The notes beneath the pieces are model-generated. The model was not told the DNA's origin and searched no databases. It saw only the letters and a list, made by a program, of their open reading frames with translations. DNA of 64,000 nt from Phyllobates terribilis (lineage: Eukaryota), in the NCBI RefSeq assembly GCF_046119375.1, contig NW_027362763.1, positions 97,650,001 to 97,714,000 on the forward strand, read 5' to 3'. Positions 38,407 to 52,370 of this stretch are shown piece after piece. A program made the translations under genes and the position numbers. How positions within the stretch are numbered: position 1 is the first letter of the stretch; each line of letters starts with the position of its first letter.

Positions 38407-39289
38407 GGAACCCTTTAGGGAGCACAGGTTAGAAGAGGCTTCTGTGGTGCCTGGAATCTCAAAGGTCTTCCTTAGGGTTGGTAGGTATGGGCTACTTATG
38501 GGTGATCCCATTAGGTCCTTCTTGTTCAGCATGAAGTTATGACCGACCACCATGTGCAGATTCTTTCAGTAAAATGGCCTTTCAAGCCTTGGTAAGAACC
38601 AGGGTTGAATTAGGGTTGCGGCCAGTGCGTAAAAACATTTGTGAACCACACTGACCTCCTATTGAAGTTGCATATAGGAGATGTTGCTTGCAAATGTGTG
38701 GCCTCTACACGGAAGACTATGGGAGATATGGAGACAAGCAAGCCAGAGACTTCTTCAGCCAGCTGTACACATGACATTGCTATCTCGTTCGACAAACAGC
38801 TATCCTTATTGACTTCCCCATACACATACACAAGAACCCTTTAGGGAGTACAGGTTCCAGGAGGCTTCTGTGGTGCATGGGAAATTTGAGAAATCTTCCT
38901 GGAACCCCAAAGGTCTTCCTTAGGGTTGGAAGGTATGAGCTACTTACGGGTGACCTCATTAGGTCCTTCTTGTACAGCATGAAGTTTTGACCTACCACCA
39001 TGTTCATATTCTTTACGTACAATGGCCTTTCAAGCATTGATAAGAACCAAGGGTGAATTTAAAATGGTTGCGACCAGTGGGTAAAGACATTTGTGGGACC
39101 TGAACTCAACAGATCCCCTATTGTAGCTGCATATAGGGGAGGTGGTGGTGCAAGTGGGTGGCCTCTATGCTAAAGACTATGGGAGATATGGAGACAACCA
39201 AGCCGGAGACTATCTTCAGCCAGCCGTACACATGACATGGTTATCTCATTCGGCGGACAATTATCCTTCCCGACTTCCCCATACACATG
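38407..39289. repeat. Old tandem duplication of a ~430-460-bp unit
   Basis: 38407-38830 and 38833-39289 are colinear (gaaccctttaggga...cttccccatacacat) and visibly diverged. Confidence 0.85.
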
Positions 39290-40540
39290 AGTGGTCGTCT
39301 TGGCCGATCATGCGTATTTAATGAGGATGGAGCAGAAAGCCACTGACAGACACCTCTGGCAGAAACCTTTCTCCCCGGAAAACAAAAGGATGGGGCATTA
39401 AAATTCTAACTGGCAAATTCTTATGTCCCTCAACAGATGATGTTGGAGGTCCCTCATACATATTGATAGATTAACCCAACTTTAATGTAATGTTTATGAG
39501 GGCCTTTAACCAAAAGGCAGAGTAACTGCCCTAAAGTCTCAATTTTACCCTCTAAATAGTTCTGTAAATTTCTAACCATTGGGTCCCAACTTGCAGGAAC
39601 TATTGAAGCTTGAAGAGAAGGTGCACTATGAGCCAACTGGTGATTCACCAGCAACCTCTTCCCTATGTTATAGCCCACACTAGAAATGTCCACATCACAA
39701 GGCTGGGAGAAAAGGACAGATTGTCCCTCCGCCTCATCTATTTTGCAAATGCTCTAAAAACAACATTTTGTTCTCCAGGAGAAGAAATCTTATTATTAAG
39801 AATATAATAACCTGTAAGTGTGAACGTTCTACGTAATTACAACTTCTGCTGCTCATTAGACTCCGTTTTGTTACACTGCCGTTTCTTTTTTGGCCTGCAT
39901 AATGAAGTGCACATTAGGTGGATATTCTGCCTATGGTCCATTGTTTAGTATCTTTTTTGCATGCATTCTGCCGCCTTCCCTCTCCCACAGTGTCTCTTGT
40001 GAAGAGTAGTATTTGCTGCCCACACATCGCCATTACCAAGTCCCAGTCATACTGCTGTACATCCTCAAGCATTGGCGCTACATTATATCTTATGGTATTA
40101 ATGGTATAACAAAAATAATTAAAAACGTTTTGGAAAATGTGCAAAAATCTGTGCTGTTTTCAGAGGGTTCAAATGACTGTTTAATGTGAATAAATCATGT
40201 TCGGTTTCAATACATGACTCTTGTTCTCAGAGAAGATAAGAGCCCGGGATAGGAGTTTGGCAAAAACTTATTTCCCTCTATACATTGAATTACTCGTGAA
40301 TGTATTTTGGGAGGTTGGGAGTAGTAGCTATTGGCAAAATGGATGGGTACCACACATTAAATCCTAAAAGTTTGAAAGAATTGCAAAATATTAGAAAAAC
40401 AAGGCTACTTTTTTCAAGAGGCAGTGCTCTGCCACATTTGCTTAAAGTGTTGTCTGGTTTAGAAACCCATTTTTGTTAAACACCCCCATCACGGCATACT
40501 GTTATATCTGCCAATTATATATGTTTGTTACCTCATTCAA

Positions 40541-41672
40541 GACTGTGTGACCATCAAGCTCATTGTATATGTTAGAGTGTGTAACCATCAAGCTCATTGT
40601 CTCATGTGAGACTGTGTGACCATCAAGCTCATTGTCTCATGAGAGACTGTGTGACCATCAAGCTCATTGTCTCATGAGAGACTGTGTGACCATCAAGCTC
40701 ATTGTCTCATGAGAGACTGTGTGACCATCAAGCTCATTGTCTCATGTGAGACTGTGTGACCATCAAGCTCATTGTCGCATGTACTATCAAGCTCATTGTC
40801 TCATGTGAGACTGTGTGACCATGAAGCTCATTGTCTCATGTGAGACTGTGTGACCATGAAGCTCATTGTCTCATGTGAGACTGTGTGACCATCAAGCTCA
40901 TTTTCTCATGTGAGACTGTGTGACCATCAAGCTCATTGTCTCATGAGAGACTGTGTGACCATCAAGCTCATTGTCTTATGTGAGACTGTGTGACCATCAA
41001 GCTCATTTTCTCATGTGAGACTGTGTGACCATCAATCTCATTGTCTCATGTACTATCAAGCTCATTGTCTCATGTGAGACTGTGTGACCATGAAGCTCAT
41101 TGTCTCATGTGAAACTGTGTGACCATCAAGCTCATTGTCTCATGTGAGACTGTGCGACCATCAAGCTCACTGTCTCATGTCAGACTGGGTAACCATCAAG
41201 CTCATTGTATATATGCCAGTGTTACTATGAAGCTCATTATCTTATTCGAGACTGTGTAACCATCAAGCTTGTTGCCTCCTGTGAGACTATGTAACCATCA
41301 AGCTTGTTGCCTCCTGTGAGACTGTGTAACTATCAAGCTTATTGTCTCATATGAGTGTAACCATCAAGCTCATTATATATGTGAGACTGTTACCATCAAG
41401 CTCAACGTCTCATGTGAGACTCTGTAATGATTAGGCTTCATAGTTGCATCACTTATATATAGACATATATCACGTGTGACTGTGTAACTATCAAGCACAT
41501 TGTCTCATCTGATATTAACCATGTAGCCCATTGTGTAACATGTGACTGTGTAACCATTAAGCTATTTTTTTACATGATATTAACCATCCAGCTTATTACG
41601 TATATGAGACTGGGTTATCAAAAAGCTGATTGTCTGATGTGAGACTGTAACTATCAAGCTTGTTGTCTCCCT
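40541..41672. repeat. 35-bp minisatellite gtgagactgtgtgaccatcaagctcattgtctcat (unrelated to the main satellite)
   Basis: Homogeneous core at ~40575-41180, degenerate edges, and a 24-bp deletion variant that recurs twice. Confidence 0.95.
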
Positions 41673-42600
41673 GTAAGTAAAGTTGTTGTAATGGCATCTT
41701 TCTCTCTTAGCCTGTATCCTTCTGAGATTCTTGAGCAGGGAACCGCTCTGTCTACCAGGGTAACTACATCTTGTATTATACTTAAAGGGGCATATCACTA
41801 TCAACATTTTTTCCCCTGACATGCACCATTCAATACTTAATTTGCCCTGTAGAGGCACTGTGGTGGAGTTTAACACTTGCTGCCAAATTACAGCTGACCC
41901 CTGGGGTTCCTGACAGCGACAATCCTTGCGATCAGCTTATTTTTGTGTATAAAGAACAAGGTTCTGGGCTGACGTGGTGTAATACATGCTGTCTGCAACG
42001 AATATTTGGTCGAAGCGGATGACCCCTAGAGGATTAAACGTGAGTGTTTGCAGAGCTGTGAGCTGCGGCTGGATGTCATCCAATAATGCCATCCAAATGG
42101 ATGTGAATTAGGTATTGATAGGTGGAATACAATAAATGTGCTAGGAACATTTCATGGAGGTTGATCAATACGTACATTATCTAGTCTTCTCTGCAAGCCG
42201 CACTATTCTGCCTTTTTACTGAGGGTCCTAAAAGCACCCATTTATCTATTAAAGGGGTATTCCTTTTATAGACATTTATGGCATATCCATGGGTTATGAC
42301 ATACATAATTGATAGATGCAGTTCCCACCTCTGGGACCGAATAGGACATGATTGTCTATTTGCAAAACTCCCATAGAAGTGAATGGAGAGATAGAAGTGA
42401 ATGGAGAGATCTTCGCGTGCATGGCCATTGACCACCTCTCTCCTTCACCACCGCAGAGGTCGGAATACCCCTCTGAGACATTTATAGATTGGTAGAGCAG
42501 GGCAGTTTATACAAAATAAGTGTTCACTTGTAAAGACGTGTTCCCATCACAACAACCCCTTTTTCACATGCATATGGATGTCGGGAGCTTCATGCCTGAG

Positions 42601-42855
42601 CAGTGCCGGACTGGGGTGCCAAGGGCCCACCAGGAACATTGACTCTGGTGGCCTACTATTCAGCTACATGCAAATATCACATTACCCACATTCACAAATT
42701 TTCCTATGTTTCTATATAATAATAAATGGGGTAGTTTGTTAAGTGAATGTTGAGATGATGCCCTTGTCTGTACATAGTGAAACAAATCTACTTCTCATAT
42801 AGGTGGGGGCCCACCAGAGGATTCTCCTGTTCTCCCGTTGGCCAGTCCAACGCTG
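42601..42855. mobile_element. hAT-like MITE
   Basis: Ends cagtgccggactgg / ccagtccaacgctg. Flanking 8-mers tgcctgag and tgtatgag match 6/8 and could be a decayed TSD. Confidence 0.55.
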
Positions 42856-42897
42856 TGTATGAGTCAAAGCAACACAAAAATTCTGCTCTCGCTGTAA

Positions 42898-43112
42898 GGC
42901 CACGGGCCCCAGTATCAGTATTTGGTCAGTATTCAGTCGGTATTTTTTCTCAGGAGTGTGAGCCAAAACGAGGTGAGGAACAATCAGAGAAAAGGTATAA
43001 TAGAAACAAGTCACCAATTCTGCATTTATCACCCACTCCTGGTTTTGTCTCCTACTCCTGAGAAAAAATACTGACCAAATACTAACCAAATACTGATAGT
43101 TGGACCGTGGCC
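42898..43112. mobile_element. Harbinger-like palindromic MITE
   Basis: TAA|ggccacgg...ccgtggcc|TAA with long inverted arms. Confidence 0.7.
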
Positions 43113-44605
43113 TAACATGAATGGCAGCATGCAATTCTATATTGTTCCTACAGGGGCCACTGCAGAGGAAAGCAGCCCTGACAAAACCAGCAAAACGGGT
43201 GACGATTGGCTGATCACCTCAGCTGATCTCTTATTAAAGGGTTTTTTTTCATCAAAGACAAAATGGAATGAGAAAAATTAGATTAAAATCTAAAAACTGC
43301 TTCAACCCAAAGGGACTCTCTGAGCGTAATCTGAAAATACAGTTATTCCCTGGAGTTTGTCGCCTTAACGCCAACTCCAAAGTCTCTCCTACTGGGACCC
43401 TGCTGATGATTGGATCCCCAGCTGTCTCCTGGCAGGCATTCAAGACCGGGCAGTCGATAAATTAGAATATTGCTTATTGAACTAAATTTAAGTCCAAGCA
43501 ACATCATTAATACAGCGTTGGCTTCTTTATAGTCTATAGTGATAAAGCGCTACTGGGAAAAGACACATAGGGGACTGGTTACAACCAGCGAATCATTATT
43601 GATCCCACTATAAACAGTAGGATTTATACGTCTTGCTGCGAAGAAATAAAACTGAACTTACAGAATTCTTAATTCTACGGGGATTTTTTGCTATAAACCA
43701 GCATCAATTCGCGCCGCTTGTTGACTCATTAAAATTTTGCCTCCAGCACATTTACGCTTAAGAAGAAATTCCTTGAAGACGTAGATCTATAGTCTTAGAT
43801 GTGAGAAGATGCCACCCCTTTTAATGAGCGGCGGTGGCACAACATTCCCATTTTGCACAGTAAGGATTTATATAGATAGATGACTTTTCTTAGCCAAATC
43901 AATATTTTATTCAATAATTTATAAGTCTACAGAATTGGAATTAAAAAAAAATAACATGGTTAGTTTTATGGTGATAAAGAAGTTTGTACCATTCATATCC
44001 AGTTACCCTTAACAAAGAACCCATCTAATTGTTAAATGGGTTGTCTGGAAGCTTAAAAAGTAACCGTCGTTTTAATTTTTGTTTCATTAATCAATAGTAC
44101 GTATGAAAATAAGCAAGTTTGTATCATATCATATCAGAGAAATCAGCTTCTTTCTCCTCCTGGACTGAGCATTCACTCTCAATTCAGGGGTAAAATCTGT
44201 ATTCAATAAATACAGACTTTCCCATTACTGAGATAGGAAATGATAGTTGGTGCTCATGAAGTTCTATGGAGAGGGGAGGATGAGGAGGATCCATGCATTC
44301 TCCTGCAAGTTCTCCTGAAATGACAGTTACACTTTTAAAATAAAAAATGATCAAAGTGTAACTGTCATTTCAGTAGAACTTGCAGCAGAATGTCTGTCTG
44401 TCTCTAGCTCCTCCCCCTCCCCTCTACATAGAGTCTTATGAGCACCAACAGTTATCTCCTATCTCAGTAATGGGGAAATACTCACTGAATACACATTTTA
44501 CCACTGAACACAGTTTACAGAATGATTGATCAGTTCAAGAGTAGAAAGAAGCAAATTTCTTAAACATTCCTATTCTAAGAACACCAACGTTACTAACTTT
44601 GCTGT

Positions 44606-44962
44606 GGCAGTGATTGGCTGCAGTGGTCAATGACTTGAACCCATCTTCCTGTTCTGCCTGTTCCTTTTGGACATATAAGTGACCACTGCAGCCAATCATT
44701 GGCTATATCAATGATGTGTTGGAAACCGCTACAACCAGTGATTGGCTGTCCGGCCAAACAAACCAGTGCAGAGACCAGCGGGGTGGGGCAGTGATTGGCT
44801 GCAGTGGTCACATGACTGGAGCCCATCTTCCCGTACTGCCTGCTCTTTTTAGACAAACAAGTGACTACTGTAGCCAATCACTGGCTACAACAATGATTTA
44901 TTGGTAACCGATACAACGAGCGATTGGCTGTCCAGTCAAACAAACCAGAAAGTACAGAGACC
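44606..44962. repeat. Two-copy ~181-bp tandem repeat rich in ATTGG/CCAAT
   Basis: ggcagtgattggctgcagtggtca at 44606 and 44787; each unit is internally palindromic. Confidence 0.8.
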
Positions 44963-46820
44963 GGCAGGAAACCTAGGAAGTGTTGGAACGGGAGATTGGT
45001 AAGGTGAACATGACTTTTAATTATTATTTTACAGCATTTTGAGTGTTTTTGAAAATATTTTAAGTGACAGAAAAAACTTTTTAAGGGAGTTGTCCAGGAT
45101 TAGACAAAAAACAGCGCCCCAGCCTTGTGTTGTTTCTCGTTTTTCTGCTACATTGGATGTTTTTAGAAAAATGCAGCCATGTTTTTCCAATCCCGGAGAT
45201 TAAGCCAAGGTTTAAGAAAAAAAAAACCTTCAAAAAAAGTACAACAGGAACTCTAGTCTAGTTCTACTCCGGTGTTTCCGTCAGATTTCCGACCACAGGG
45301 GAGATAGTAAGATACATGTTCTCTTATCTAGTCTCTTTGTAGGAAAAATATAAAAAAACTCACACGGAGGCTTTAGTAAAGAACCGGCGTCACGTCCTTA
45401 CATGTGAATCACAGCCATGATTTATTCATCTCTCGTGTGTCAATGCTGACAATGAAGTGCGCACATCTCACATCAAAGCCACCACATGGAGAGATGGTGG
45501 ACGATAGGCGTGGAGCCCCCCGGTACAAAGCACCAATGACGAGGGATCGTCTCTGATTGATGCCTCTTAGAAGAATCACACGTAGCTTCGAAATATAATA
45601 AAAACTTTCCAAATAGGATTTATTCCTCTATAACGAAATCTGCGCCATCTGGAAGCCACCAGATTGCAAGGATATTACCGGGTTCTTCTGGCTTGACAGA
45701 AAGGGAGGATCCGTATGTGCCGGTTCTGTCGATAGTAATGGGTACAGGCTGTTTTAGGACTGATATAATAAGTTCCAAGAGTGATCACTATATTCCCATA
45801 AGGTGGCCATGCACCGAACATTTTGGAAAAGCCAAAAAGGGCAATTTATCATATTTTCTGAAATGAACCAGTGCGATAAATGCAGACTAAAAGCAAACAT
45901 TTTTGCAAAAGTTGATGTTGCCATTTCTGGTTTTTGTGAAGGGACTGTGGTTCTTGAAGCGTAATCCCAGGAAGCCTCGACTAGGGTTCAGATCACAGCT
46001 CCGACTGAATAGTGATTTGTCTGAAAGGGTTATTCACAACATTTAAAAGTATCATCTATCCACGGGATAAATTACCTATTGGAAAAGAGCGTTGGCCAAC
46101 ACTGGTAGTGCAGGAGATAGCTGAGAACTGGGCTACACTTTTTCTTGGCCATGCGTGGCCACCGCTCCATTTCGATGGCAAATTTCAGAGCCCCATTTTC
46201 TGGATCGGTATGATTGGATTCGCATTAAAGCTGTAAGTTTTCACCTATCCTATTTGTAGCTGATATATAATAATGTTGGAAATAACACTTTAAGGCATTG
46301 TCATCCAATACAACAACCTTTACAGACCAACCATAAACAATAAGTACAGAAAACAGATGTCTATATCTATAGAGATGGACTACACGAGGTGCTGAATGGA
46401 GTGGGATGACATAGGGATAAGGTGAAGACCACCCTCCTGTGTGGGATTTTAAGGTTCCAAAACTTTTTAGAAAAAGGTCACCAAACCCCGGTTTTCTGTA
46501 GAACCAGCTGACCATCTAATGTACATGGGGGCTTCTCGACAATTCCAATTCAACAAACCCGACCTATCTTTCCTCCAACATCATTTGGTGGAGGAAAACA
46601 AGGTTTAATGTTTTTTTTATGTTAATGCCCAATCTTTTACTTCTGCCAGTGCTATCAAACATGTAAGGGCACCTTTAGACTACATGTCCTGAGATGTTTA
46701 CATAGATTGTAAAAGGTCCCCTCAAGCCTAGTTGTCCATTGTATCTGCCTTGGTTTCCTGCATGGTGACACAAGTTGTATAGATGAAGAAAAGACAGAAA
46801 TCAACAGAGGAAGAGATTAA

Positions 46821-47316
46821 AGGCAACCTGTCAGAAAGTTTTACCCCAAAACCATTAATATGATTGTGTAGCTCTTTAAAAGATTAGCCATTTGATCCCT
46901 TTATGGCCCCAAAGCACTGCTCCAGCAGCGAGAAATCATGATTTGAAGTTGTGTTTGGAAGTATATTGGGGCGTGAAGATGCATTTCTAGCTTCTCAGCC
47001 TCACGCTTTATTTCCTACCTAGATATACTCTCCTCTGGTTTGATTCACAGGTCGTTTGCGCTTTTAAACTAATCACTGACCTGTTAATTAGCCAAGGGGT
47101 GGGGGTTGCTGCTAGGTAGGAACGACAGCCTTAGGCTGAGAAGCTAGAAGTGCATTGTGACGCCCAAAATGCATTTCCAGACACAACTTCAAAACAACTT
47201 TCTCGCTGCTGAAAGCAGTGCTTAAGGGTCATAAAGGGATCGACTGGCTTATCTTTTAAAGGGCTACACAGTCATATAAATGACTTGGGGAGGTTAACAT
47301 TTTTGGCAGGTTCCCT
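46821..47316. mobile_element. TTAA-flanked T2/Kolobok-type palindromic MITE
   Basis: TTAA|aggcaacctg...caggttccct|TTAA with long inverted arms. Confidence 0.8.
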
Positions 47317-49225
47317 TTAAGGGCGGCCAGAGACCTAAGATTGGCTGACAAATGCTCAGTTGGCCAATATACAGGGATATTATTTGTCTCCTGACTGTCA
47401 GTCTCACAAAAGAATGTGGCCAATAAATGGATGAGCCAGTAGAACCATACAATTAGCCTGATTCGGTTCATGGGCTTCCTCGGGGGAGTTACCAAAGGAA
47501 GATCATGAGTAAATGTACATTAAATTAAAGTTGACCAAACACGCTGATTTTTGTAGGACTGGCCAACCTTCTGATGTGTACAGGGACCTCCCAATTCTGC
47601 CCTGAGAGATGACGTCGGGGAGAGACGGTCAGAGTATTGGAATTTCAATGTTTGATCCTTTTGCTTTCAGGGAAGATAAGACGCTTTTCCCGTTGAAAGC
47701 TCGAGCGCTTATGTACATGGAGGTTTCGGGAGAAATATCCCATGACTATGGCCAGCTTACGGATGACGGCGGCAGACACTTGTTTGTTCGACTACTTGTT
47801 TGTTCGACTACTGCTACCTGCCCGCCTGCTCTTATTATACAATCCTTTTTGTGTTTTTTTTGTCTACTAGAATTTTATCATAAAGCAATCAAAATTATTT
47901 AAAAGGTTTTGTTCTCTGGTTTAGACAATCCTTAACAATAAGCTGATCTCAAAGTGTCTTCCTGCTGGGAAGCCCAGAGATCAGCTGTAATCTATGAAAA
48001 AGCATTGCAGCAAGTGTTAGATTTCCCTGCAGCGCCACCACTGGGGAAATGATGCATTACACAATCGCCATTCAAATCAGAAGGTGGCTGGACAGGACAG
48101 GTCCTCCAGAGTGAGAGAGGCTCTTTGTAACCACTGATGAGGATCTGGAATATATGTTGAAACTAGACACCCCTTTTTAGAGAAAACCTAAAAAAAATCT
48201 CTAATTGTAGACCTCCAGATGCCAGTCTCGCCAAGCTATGGAGTTTTCCTTTTGAGGGCAGAAAACCCCCTCATCAGAATTGATTAAAACAGGCTGTCTA
48301 GTGAACAGATCCATAACGCCCTCTCCATTACGCCCCACCGCATCCTGTGATTGAATTGCCAATTCCCATATAAGCCACCATCTGTATTAAGAATAATTTA
48401 TGCTCGTTGTCAATGTGAACATAAAACGTATTTATCAATATTTTATGACTTATTAAAGGCATTGGAAAGATAATGGATTTCAAGGAAACCTTAGAAGATC
48501 ATTTAGAAACCCAACCCTTCCGAAAGTCAGACATGGGCGTTTTTATCACAGTAATCATGCTGTATTAATTGTCCAGGATCACATTCATCAACCTGGTCAT
48601 TTCATAGCAAAAAAAGAAAAGGGAAAAGAAGACTGCACCCACACAGGCTATGCAAAAAATGATTAATGCATTGTCAAGTCCAAGGTTTTTCCCCCGCATT
48701 GTCCCCAGGATAGGTGGAAACACTGTACATTAGAGCTTCTGCAAAATTCACAACGTTGCCTACAAAACTCAAGTGAGAGTAGAGGTTGACCAGGGGAGCA
48801 GAGCATGGCTGAAAAGCTGGAGGTGGCTTTTATTACAGGGACATAATGCTGAGCCAGCACTTACAGTATCGCCCAGGAACACCCTATGAATATGATCTGG
48901 TGCTTGTAAGCTGAGCAGGTCCTGCACATACTGTAACATGACAGTGACCACTCAAGTGTCCCAGATGCAAAAACCAAATGTATGAGGCATGCATATTGCT
49001 CCCTCATAAATGTCTATTTATTATAAAACATCCTAGAGGTCAATTGCCCGATGCTCTGCAGTCCTTGACCATAAAATAAAGAAAGGAAAGAGACACAAAT
49101 CAAAATGATAGAGTCTCCGGCCAGAAAGTCCATAAGATTACTTCCATCTGCACTATTTCATATAGCCAGTGACTAACATTGACTCCATGCAACCGCATCC
49201 TTTAAGAACATCGAAGGAGACTTAA

Positions 49226-49950
49226 AGGTGTAGCCCGAAATACAAATTAATTTTCTTTCTAAATGCATGTCTATTTAATTCCATAATCTAAGGTATTTTC
49301 TAATCTACTTTAATTAAAAATTCCTTAACCTTCCATAACTACACTATCTCACAGCTTTTCTTTTTTTTCTACTTCCTCTTTGATGACGCTTCGTTTGAGA
49401 ATCCCAGTATATGCTGGGTTGCTCAAACGAAGCGTCATCAGGGGGCAGACGCATTCACTGTACAGCCCCTGCCCCCTCCTTGAAACGGCGCATCACTGGT
49501 GACCTTTGTTTTAGGGGCTGGGCTAGTCCCTGCTCTGCCACTGCGCAATGAGCACAATGACAGTGCACTCTCTCGCCAGCTCACATCAGTAGTAATAAGC
49601 CGGCAAAAGAGCACATTGTAGGAATACCCGGAATGCAGAGGCCAGCGTGGCTCCTGCAAGTAACGTCACTTGCAGGGACAGCTCTGGTGTCTGCAAGCCG
49701 GGTATTCATCTTATAACGTGCACTGACAGTGCACTCTATTTCTAGTTCATTACTAATGATCTGAGCCAATGAGAGAGTGCTCTGTCATTGTGCACATCGT
49801 ACAGTGACAGAGCAGGGGGGACTAGTCCAGGTCCTGAAATGAAGGTCACCGATGACTCTTTGTTTCATGGAAGGGGAAAATAAATTACATTATGGCAATA
49901 AACAGATAGGCATTTAGGATGAAAATCAATTTGTATTTTGGACAACCCTT
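49226..49950. mobile_element. TTAA-flanked T2/Kolobok-type MITE with internal hairpins
   Basis: TTAA|aggtgtagccc...ggacaaccctt|TTAA. Confidence 0.65.
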
Positions 49951-50179
49951 TTAACAGGTTATCCCCCAACATCATAAATTCGTGTTGTTGGATAGTGCAT
50001 GTAAAAGCAAGTCCTCTTGATGCTTCTGGTTGATGAAGTTGGCTCATGGAGAGGAGATGCACATCATTAGTAATAATTGGACATTCTCCCATCCAACATA
50101 CATAAATCCATACACAAAAATATGAGTCAGAGGACGTCTTGAACATAAAACATTACCAGTAAAGCATAGTACATCTTAC

Positions 50180-50227
50180 CTGTGTAGTGGACGACGCATG
50201 TCTGACCCTTCTTGGGGAAAGTCCTTC
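50180..50227 (-). CDS. FKBP1B: FKBP1B (FKBP12.6) coding exon 2, 48 nt: (G)[15 protein letters not shown](G)
   Basis: Polypyrimidine tract + AG acceptor and GTAAG donor. The phase-1 join with exon 1 gives [29 protein letters not shown]. Confidence 0.95.
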
Positions 50228-51960
50228 CTAAAAATACAAAAAAAAATAAAACATATACATTTGTTTACGTAATTGCATTGCAAAGGTTTCTAAGAAGAAT
50301 GATCGCATATAACGTAGGTCATGGCTTTCTACTAGACTCCTGGTAAGTGCACTATTATGTACAGAGCGTTGCTATTCTCTTCCTTCTTAATAGTCTGTAT
50401 ATAGTATTCATGGAAATCTCTTCCATTACTACAAACGAAAACATGACCTCAAGAGCTCATTCTGCATCCATGCAATATACTGGCTATGGTGGACCACCTG
50501 ACCTTGTATTATTTTTCCACTGGTTCCTTTCTTGCAGACTTCACATAGCTGTTGGCCGAAAACTAGTCCTCCCGACCACCCATGTGTTCTTATGATTAGG
50601 GCCTTGGTTAGGGATTCCAATCCTGTTTATCTGCCCTAGGGACTCCTTAAAATTGCCCCATCACTAATGGTACAGCTCTCCCTCTCTTCCAGTGAACCCT
50701 TTGTTAGGTCACAAGGAACATCAGGATCCTACGAGACTGTGGGTCCCTAGTGACCACTTGTATGTATTATCCTCAATTTCTCTGTTGGGACCGTGAAACA
50801 AAGCCAATGTTACCCTCTGTCCCTAGTTTTCCCATAAGGTCCAAAAAATACCTTTAAGAGGGATGTGGTAGTAATCCCATGCCAGACAGCTCCAGCAATG
50901 GCTTATCTCTCTTGAGAACAAAAATATTGGGCATGGAAATCTAACATGGCCAATCCTTCTTCTTCCCTCAACATCATCTATCATAGGGGACAGTTGGATG
51001 GTAGGCTAGCCCCGCTGGCGTGGGCAAGGATAGCTGGCTTTATTCTAAACTTTCTATGCACATCAATGTACATTATTGACTTTTAACATGATCCCACAAT
51101 TAGGGACTATTATATGTTGCCATGACAATCAAGCTTCTCCTAGCCTGGACTGGTCCTCCACCTAGGCTGGAACTCATGTTTATTGTTGGCGTTGTATAGG
51201 GGATTGGAACATGTAGGGAACAGCGCATAGTACTCAGGACTGCGGTTGTCCTTTTATTACTGCACCTTCTTCCCCATTATTTCCCATCCCTGACATTCTT
51301 TAGTGTTTCCATCATACTCCCTGTAGGACGGACAGGGATTTGTAGAGACTTCTGCAGAATCCTGATAATAATACAAATACCAAGTTCATATATCTGTCAG
51401 GTAATGCATTCCCCAGTCAACGCTCCTACATGTTAACCGTTGCTAGGTAACAATGAGTTCTCAGAGATCATCAGGATCTGAAAGAGGAGCCCTCCACCCC
51501 AACCCGAGCAAACTCTGTGACCCTTACAGCCTCAGACTGCATCATTAACACATAGGGCGAGACATTGTGTAATAACTGCAGCTCTGAAATGAAGCAGCGG
51601 GAGAAAAGAACATTAAGAGTAATGTTCTTGATATCACAAACAGCACAAATTGCAAAGGGATGCATCAGAAAGAGCCCGGTCTTCAAAGTTTAATGGTCAC
51701 CATATCAACCCACACTCAACATTTTTCTGGAGGTCCTCCGACCTGAGTATATGACATCAAGCAGTGGTCCTGGGAACAATCTACCATCTTCTTGTCAGTC
51801 AAAGAACATTCAGTCGCTCCATAACGTGAAATAGCTGATAACAGCGTACAATTTACTGCACCCAAATGACCATCAAAATACCTATATGAAAATCATCCTT
51901 CACCTGGAGCAAAAGATTCAGTCCACTGCCCGATTACTGTATTAAAGCACCATGGCCCCT

Positions 51961-52370
51961 GTAGAGTGGTTGTTTGATGCCCTCGATGGTACCCATGCTA
52001 CTCTTAAAGGAAGAGTGGTTGGATGATGCCCTCTGTGGCACCCATGCCATAAACTCAAGCTACTCTCCAAGGTAGAGTGGTTGGTTGATAACCTCGATAG
52101 TACCCATGCTATCAACCCAAGCTACTATTAAAGGAAAAATGGTTGGATGATGCCGTCTATGTCACCCATGCAATCAACCACAGCTAATCTCCAAAGTAGA
52201 GTTGTTGGTTGATGGCCTCTATGACACCCATACCATCAACCTAAACTACTCTTCAAAGTAGAGTGATGCCCTCAATGGCACCTATGTCATCAAGCCAAGT
52301 TATTCTTCAAGGTAGAGTGGTTGGTTGATGCTCTTGATGGTACCCAGGTCATCAGCCCAAGGTATTCTCC
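51961..52370. repeat. Degenerate ~62-bp tandem repeat, about 7 copies
   Basis: Unit ~tagagtggttggttgatgccctcgatggtacccatgctatcaacccaagctactcttcaagg. Confidence 0.85.

Noticed and set aside
48848-48960. Possible minus-strand exon ending ...gatact|gtaagt (reads WSLSCYSMCRTCSAYKHQIIFIGCSWAIL)
   Set aside because: No homology that I recognise, not FKBP1B sequence, weak acceptor.
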